NCBI GenBank assembly: GCA_963841525.1 | Contig: CAWJDA010000023.1 | Span: forward strand, 76,563 to 140,562 | Source: an uncultured Solirubrobacterales bacterium | GTDB lineage: Bacteria > Actinomycetota > Thermoleophilia > Solirubrobacterales > 70-9 | Direction of reading: 5' to 3' | DNA length: 64,000 nt | Shown: positions 59,187 to 64,000 of the stretch, piece by piece | How the letters are laid out: each line of letters opens with the position of its first letter | How positions within the stretch are numbered: position 1 is the stretch's first letter | Notes under the pieces: generated by a model | Seen by the model: only the letters and a program-made list of their open reading frames with translations | The model's database searches: none | What the model was told of the DNA's origin: nothing | Made by a program: the position numbers and the translations under genes

Positions 59187-60056
59187 CTACTTCAGCTTGA
59201 AGGCCCGGATGCGGTCGCGGTGGGCGGCCTCGTCGCGCGAGTAGACCCCGTGCGCGAGCGCCTGAACCAGGCCCATCAGCGCCGCGTTCGAGCGGATGTA
59301 GGACGGGCCATTCGAGGAGTAGTAGAGGACCAGCTCCGAGTGCTCCGCGACGTCCGAGAGCGTCGAGTCGGTGATCGAAATCGTGCGGGCTCGACGGTGC
59401 CGGGCGAGCTTGAGCGCCCTGAGGATGAGCGGATGCGCGCGCCCTGCTGTGAGCACCACCAGCAGGGTGTCCTCGTTCATCCGCGAGAGCTTCTGGATGT
59501 TGTCCTGGCTCGGCGAGGGGACGATCTCCGCACGCACGTCGAGCAGGCCGAGCAGGTGGCGCAGGTAGCTGGCGAAGAAGGCCATCTGCTCGACGCCCAC
59601 GATCAACACGCGCCTGGAGGTGGCGAGAGCCGAGACCGAGGCCTCGATCTGCTCGCGGGTCAGGTTTCGCGCCGTCTCCTCGATGTTCGAGTAGTCGGCA
59701 CCGAGCGAGGCCTCGAACTCCGAGTGATCGAAGTTGAAGAGGGCCGCCGCGCCGCTGCCACCGTTGCCGTTCGGCTTGCCCTCGGAGACCTTGAGCCGGT
59801 ACTCCTCGATCGCCGCCTGCTGCAGCTCGGGGTAGCCGTCGAAGCCGAGCGCCTGCGAGAAGCGAACGACCGTGGAAGAGGAGGTGTTGGCGCGGCGGGC
59901 GAGCTCCTCGGCGGTCTGGAAGGCCGCCTCGTCGAGGTGGTCGACGATGTAGCGGGCCACGTCCTTCTGGGAGCGCGAGAAGTCGTCGAAGCGCTCGGTG
60001 ATGAAGTCCGAGAGGCTCTTGCGAGCAGGATGGGTCTTGGTCGCGGTCCGTGCCAC
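59187..60056 (-). CDS. MurR/RpiR family transcriptional regulator (HTH + SIS)
   Basis: From GTG 60056: VARTATKTHPARKSLSDFITERFDDFSRSQKDVARYIVDH...TSSSTVVRFSQALGFDGY, with a SIS half downstream. Confidence 0.8.
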   Translation of the reverse strand: MARTATKTHPARKSLSDFITERFDDFSRSQKDVARYIVDHLDEAAFQTAEELARRANTSSSTVVRFSQALGFDGYPELQQAAIEEYRLKVSEGKPNGNGGSGAAALFNFDHSEFEASLGADYSNIEETARNLTREQIEASVSALATSRRVLIVGVEQMAFFASYLRHLLGLLDVRAEIVPSPSQDNIQKLSRMNEDTLLVVLTAGRAHPLILRALKLARHRRARTISITDSTLSDVAEHSELVLYYSSNGPSYIRSNAALMGLVQALAHGVYSRDEAAHRDRIRAFKLK

Positions 60057-60164
60057 GCGCGCTGATTTCGCTGCCCAGCCGGGTTTCCCTGCTTGCTTCC
60101 CCGTGAATGTGCTTGGATCGTCGCCGTGAGCCTCGACGGGCAGCTGCGGAGGACGAACCGGAAC

Positions 60165-60515
60165 ATGATCGCCTTCGACCTGATCCTTGGGTCGAGCGCG
60201 CTGCTCGCGCCCGCTCAGACGCTGCATGTGCTCGGCCACGATGAGCCCTCGGACGACGCCAGAGAGCTGTTTCGCCGCTGCGGCCCGATCTGGCTCACCT
60301 TCGCGGCGGCCCACCTGGTCGCCTACCGGCGCAACCGCGCCAAGGATTGGTGGGCGCTCTCCTGGCTTCGCGGCACCGAGCTCGCCACCGACATCCTCTG
60401 GGCCCGCTCGCCTGCGTTCTCCAGGCCGGGCGCTCGCGCCGGGCTCTGGCTCGCCGGACTCGGCAACCTGGCGATGACCGCCGGCTTCGGCTATCTGGCG
60501 CGGGCCGAGTCCTAG
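60165..60515 (+). CDS. small membrane protein, function unknown
   Basis: MIAFDLILGSSALLAPAQTL...GLWLAGLGNLAMTAGFGYL. Divergent from the RpiR-like gene. Confidence 0.5.
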   Translation: MIAFDLILGSSALLAPAQTLHVLGHDEPSDDARELFRRCGPIWLTFAAAHLVAYRRNRAKDWWALSWLRGTELATDILWARSPAFSRPGARAGLWLAGLGNLAMTAGFGYLARAES

Positions 60516-61006
60516 GCGGACCCGGGGCTCGCGCCGCAGACGTTGAAGCCAACAGCACGGGCCAGCCTCTGACGCTGCGGTGCGCTCTGCACGACGGCCG
60601 CCTGCGCTGCGCCGTAGCTGGCGGAGTCCTGGTTCTCGGCCGCGTCCTCCCCCTTCTGCAGCTGGTCGACCGCTTGATCCCGGGCGCTCAGATAGCTGTC
60701 GAGCCGGGCCTTGAGCTCGTCGGGCGGCTGCAGATCCGCGAGCCTGGAGTTGGCGCTCTCGACGGTCTTGAGCAGCTCCTTCGTCTGGTCAGCCGCGTCC
60801 GAAGCGTTGGCTGGCGGGTGCGCCTGGATCTGATTGAAACCACTCTGCTCCTGACGGCAGATTTGATCGCCTTTCTGGACCAGCTCGGCCGGACTCACCT
60901 GCTGCGCGCCCCCACCGCAACCCCCCGCCAGCGAACCGATCGCAACGGCTGGAATCGCGAGAAGAATTCGGTTGACGCGGAGCATTGAAAACACGACTCT
61001 AGCCAC
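60512..61006 (-). CDS. putative lipoprotein
   Basis: Lipobox-like SLAGGC after a hydrophobic leader. The start could be ATG 60985. Confidence 0.6.
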   Translation of the reverse strand: MARVVFSMLRVNRILLAIPAVAIGSLAGGCGGGAQQVSPAELVQKGDQICRQEQSGFNQIQAHPPANASDAADQTKELLKTVESANSRLADLQPPDELKARLDSYLSARDQAVDQLQKGEDAAENQDSASYGAAQAAVVQSAPQRQRLARAVGFNVCGASPGSA

Positions 61007-61310
61007 GGCCGGAGCGCCTGCTTCAATAGGACCTACCAGAGAAAGGAGGTGGTCCTAACTTTGAATTCCATGCTTGACGGGACTCTGGAGGTGCAGGGCC
61101 GCTAGGCCCGGGCGCTGACGACCAACCGCCCTGGTTGATCGGCTTCGCCATCGGCGGCGGCCACAAACCCCGCCGCCGGACACAGGGGACCGAGGGATGG
61201 CAACGCGGCCATCCGGCGGAATCCAACCCGGGCACCGGCGAGCGAAGGGAGGTGGGAGCCGTCCCGCCCCACCGTCAATCCCAAGCCCGTTTCAGAACCG
61301 CGTTAGACGA

Positions 61311-61350
61311 GCGAAGGGCCGCCTCCCAGAGGCGGCCCTTCGCGTTTTCG
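61311..61350 (+). terminator. strong GC-rich hairpin, candidate (bidirectional) intrinsic terminator
   Basis: GCGAAGGGCCGCCTC CCA GAGGCGGCCCTTCGC GTTTTCG, with 15 bp perfect arms. Confidence 0.6.
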
Positions 61351-61410
61351 TGCTCGTGAACTAGCCGCCCAGTGTTGCTCACGGGTCGTGACGAGCTTGT
61401 TGACGTCGAC

Positions 61411-61764
61411 TCAGAACAGGCCTATGCCCAGGCTGACGACGATTGCGCCGATCGTCCCGAAGGTGCTGAGCCGGGCGAGGAAATGCTGGAAGGGCCCGTG
61501 GTAGTCGACGCTCTCGAAGAAGAGGATCCCGACCACGTGCGCCATGTTGATCAACAGGACCCCGGTGGCGATCAGGATCCGCGCGATGGTGACAGCCCCG
61601 TAGTGGCCGTGCTCCCCGCTGGCGCTGATGACGGCTATCAGGATCACCGCGACGGTTCCAAGCGCCGCGATGATGATGCTGATCAGGTCCTCCCGGCTGA
61701 GCGGCGGCATGTTCGCGGACGCACGCCACTCGCGCTCATGAAGCTGTGGATCGGTCTGGGCCAT
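61411..61764 (-). CDS. small membrane protein, function unknown
   Basis: 117 aa with three predicted TM helices. Confidence 0.55.
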   Translation of the reverse strand: MAQTDPQLHEREWRASANMPPLSREDLISIIIAALGTVAVILIAVISASGEHGHYGAVTIARILIATGVLLINMAHVVGILFFESVDYHGPFQHFLARLSTFGTIGAIVVSLGIGLF

Positions 61765-61916
61765 GGACTTCCTCCTGTGTGGATTTATCGACCCCTCACA
61801 GGCGGAATACCCGCGAATCCGCCCACTGAAGCGGGCCCGATAATTCGCCTTGCGAGGTGTCCATTTCGCGCCCCCTCGTTCGTCCTAAAGGCGCAAACCC
61901 CGAACAGGAGGACCAA

Positions 61917-62276
61917 ATGAAGTACGTGCTGTTGATCCATCAGGGGAACACCTCGGTCCCCGGCACCGATGCCTGGGAGGAGCTCTCGGAGGATGAGCAG
62001 AAGCAGGTTTACGCCGATTACGCGGCCATCAACCAGACTCCCGGCGTCACCCCGAATGACGTGCGGCTCGGCCCACCTGAGGCCGCGACCACCGTCCGGG
62101 TGGAGGACGACAAGACGCTGACCACGGACGGGCCCTTCGTCTCCGTCAAGGAGGCGCTCGGCGGCTGGCTCACCTACGAGGCCGACGATCTCGACGCCGC
62201 GATCGAGCTCGCGACGCGCATCCCTGCCGCGAGGATGGGAGGCGCAATCGAGATCCGGCCGGTCGTGGGGGGATAG
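61917..62276 (+). CDS. YciI-like / DGPF-domain protein
   Basis: From ATG 61917 (SD AGGAGG): [10 protein letters not shown]...[17 protein letters not shown]... Confidence 0.85.
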   Translation: MKYVLLIHQGNTSVPGTDAWEELSEDEQKQVYADYAAINQTPGVTPNDVRLGPPEAATTVRVEDDKTLTTDGPFVSVKEALGGWLTYEADDLDAAIELATRIPAARMGGAIEIRPVVGG

Positions 62277-62278
62277 CG

Positions 62279-63446
62279 ATCCTCGAGCAGGTCTTCCGCG
62301 ACGAGTGGGGGCGCGTCCTCGCCAGCCTGATCGGCTTCCTCGGCAGCTTCGAGCTGGCCGAGGAGGCCGCTCAGGAGGCGTTCGCGATCGCCGCCGAACG
62401 CTGGCCGCGCGACGGCACTCCCGACAACCCGCGCGCCTGGCTCGTGACGACGGCGCGGAACCGGGCGATCGACCGGATCCGGCGGGATCGCACGCTCGCC
62501 GAGAAGACCAAGCTGCTCGACGTCCCGGAGGCGGTGGAGGACGAGATGGATGAGACGACGATCCCAGACGAGCGACTGGAGCTCCTCTTCACCTGTTGCC
62601 ATCCGGCGCTGGCTCTCGAGGCTCAGGTCGCCCTCACACTGCGGACGCTGGGCGGGCTCAGCACCGAGGAGATCGCCCGCGCCTTCCTCGTCCCCGAGCC
62701 GACGATGGCCAAGCGACTGGTCCGGGCCAAGCGCAAGATCGAGGAGGCCGGAATTCCCTTCCGGGTGCCCCCACCCCATCTTCTGCCCGACCGGCTCGCG
62801 GCGGTCCTGGCGGTCGTCTATCTGATCTTCAACGAGGGCTACGGCGGACGCGGGGAGCTGGCGGAGGAGGCGATCCGGCTCGGTCGGGCCCTCGCCGAGC
62901 TGATGCCCGACGAGCCCGAGGTGCACGGCCTGCTGGCGCTGATGCTCGTCAACGACGCGCGGCGCGAGGCCAGGTTCGACGATCAGACGGTGGTGCTGCT
63001 CCGCAACCAGGACCGCTCGCTCTGGGACCGCGCCCAGATCGAGCAGGCGAAGGCGACGCTCGACCGCGCGCTCGCCCTTGGCGGACGCGGCCCCTACGTG
63101 GTCCAGGCCGCGATCGCCGTCCTGCACACCGACGAGCCCCAGGATTGGTCCGAGATCGCGGCCCTCTACAGCGAGCTCGAAGGCCTGACCGGCTCGCCGG
63201 TCGTCGAGCTCAACCGCGCCGCCGCCATCGCCGAAGCCGGCGATCCCGAGGCCGCTCTCGAGCTGGTGGACCGGCCTCGAACTCGACCGCTACCACTACC
63301 TGCACGCCACCCGGGCGGAGCTGCTGCGCCGGCTCGACCGCCTCGAGGAGTCCATCGCGGCCTATGACCGCGCTCTGGAGCTCGTTCACTCCGATGCGGA
63401 ACGCCGCTTCCTGGAGCGCCGGCTCGCGAGCCTCAGAGCCCGGTAA
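62279..63446 (+). CDS. ECF sigma factor with long TPR-like C-terminal extension (ECF42-like); no canonical start and one apparent frameshift
   Basis: Reads [69 protein letters not shown]...[28 protein letters not shown]. After an extra C near 63271 the true frame gives [36 protein letters not shown]...ASLRAR, stopping at 63444-63446. Confidence 0.8.
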
Positions 63447-64000
63447 CGGCCTTCATCCGCCCCTTCTCGACGGCAGCCTCGAACTCCTTGAAGTCGCTCT
63501 CGTTCTGCTCGGCGTATGCCTCTGCGAACTCGCCCATCGCCCCGTCGAACTGCTCACCCTTGCCGAGGTAGGAGGCGATCGCGATCCGATCGCCTGAACG
63601 GGCGTGGGCGTGAGCCAGCGTCCAGCCGCAGAGCCGACCATAGAGACCCATCGTCGTCGGGGTCATCTTCTCGATCTCAGCGGACCCCTTGCCGTCCCAG
63701 AGCTGGCGGACGTAGAAGTCGCGGGTCACCCCGTCGGGATCCGTGCCCGAGAGCCAACCCAGGAAGATGTCGCTCGCGGCCTGCATCAGTCGCTGGCCCT
63801 CGACCACGCGCCTGCCGTGTTGCCTGAACTTGCTCTTCCCGGTGAAACCCTCAAGCACGGAAGCCTCTGCCTCCTTCACCTGAAGGAAGAGCGGGTCGCC
63901 CGAGTCCCTGCCGAGGAACAGAACGATCCAGGCGCGCGTCCCCACGCTGCCGACGCCGACCACCTTGCGGGCGGCGTGCACGTACCGGTAGCCCTCTACG
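63433..64000 (-). CDS. DUF2252 domain protein (5' end off the window)
   Basis: KVVGVGSVGTRAWIVLFLGRDSGDPLFLQVKEAEASVLE...FYVRQLWDGKGS. The frame stays open to the window edge. Confidence 0.8.
   Translation of the reverse strand, partial: VEGYRYVHAARKVVGVGSVGTRAWIVLFLGRDSGDPLFLQVKEAEASVLEGFTGKSKFRQHGRRVVEGQRLMQAASDIFLGWLSGTDPDGVTRDFYVRQLWDGKGSAEIEKMTPTTMGLYGRLCGWTLAHAHARSGDRIAIASYLGKGEQFDGAMGEFAEAYAEQNESDFKEFEAAVEKGRMKAVTGL

Noticed and set aside
61061-61105. 14-codon ORF (MNSMLDGTLEVQGR) after a perfect AAAGGAGGTG
   Set aside because: The SD-to-start spacing is long (11 nt to TTG) and the SD is sequestered in a hairpin loop. It is kept only as part of the structured-interval finding.

Overview
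High-GC, actinobacterial-type chromosomal segment (the mihF-type IHF and gene order point that way), densely coding and mostly on the minus strand. It is dominated by core housekeeping operons. These are rimP-nusA-infB-DUF503-rbfA-nrnA-truB-ribF-rpsO, then dtd and coaBC-rpoZ-gmk-mihF. Next comes a complete pyrimidine operon, pyrR-pyrB-pyrC-(isochorismatase-like)-carA-(NTF2-like)-carB-pyrK-pyrD. After that come rnz, tRNA-Arg(CCG), a GH31 glycosidase, corA, two HIT genes, a phosphomannomutase-family gene, relA-recJ, secDF, ruvCAB, yebC and pdxST. The window ends with a DGPF/YciI + ECF42-like sigma pair. I could not support any complete new multi-gene system such as a defence island. The observations most worth a second look are: (1) a ~0.75 kb almost pure homopurine tract (about 1213-1880) with an A-to-G gradient and a 23-G run, which also removes the stop codon of a convergent peroxiredoxin gene and may be an artefact. 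(2) A clear SAM-I riboswitch with terminator in front of a threonine-synthase-like gene plus a MoaD/ThiS-like GG-terminated carrier, suggesting protein-thiocarboxylate-dependent homocysteine/methionine synthesis rather than threonine synthesis. (3) A ~39 bp imperfect palindrome present three times: two copies exactly bracket an AbiEi_4/DUF559 endonuclease-like gene and one lies upstream of the rimP operon. (4) A second REP-like palindrome family (GCTTTsCATGsAAAGC core) separating small accessory genes at 10.9-13.4 kb. (5) An unusual number of apparent frameshifts or non-canonical starts in otherwise conserved genes (truB x2, infB, nusA tail, an NTF2 paralog, the ECF sigma, relA). This looks more like consensus indel error than decay, so every exact boundary should be treated with caution. 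All calls come from reading the sequence and the translations by eye; no searches were run.
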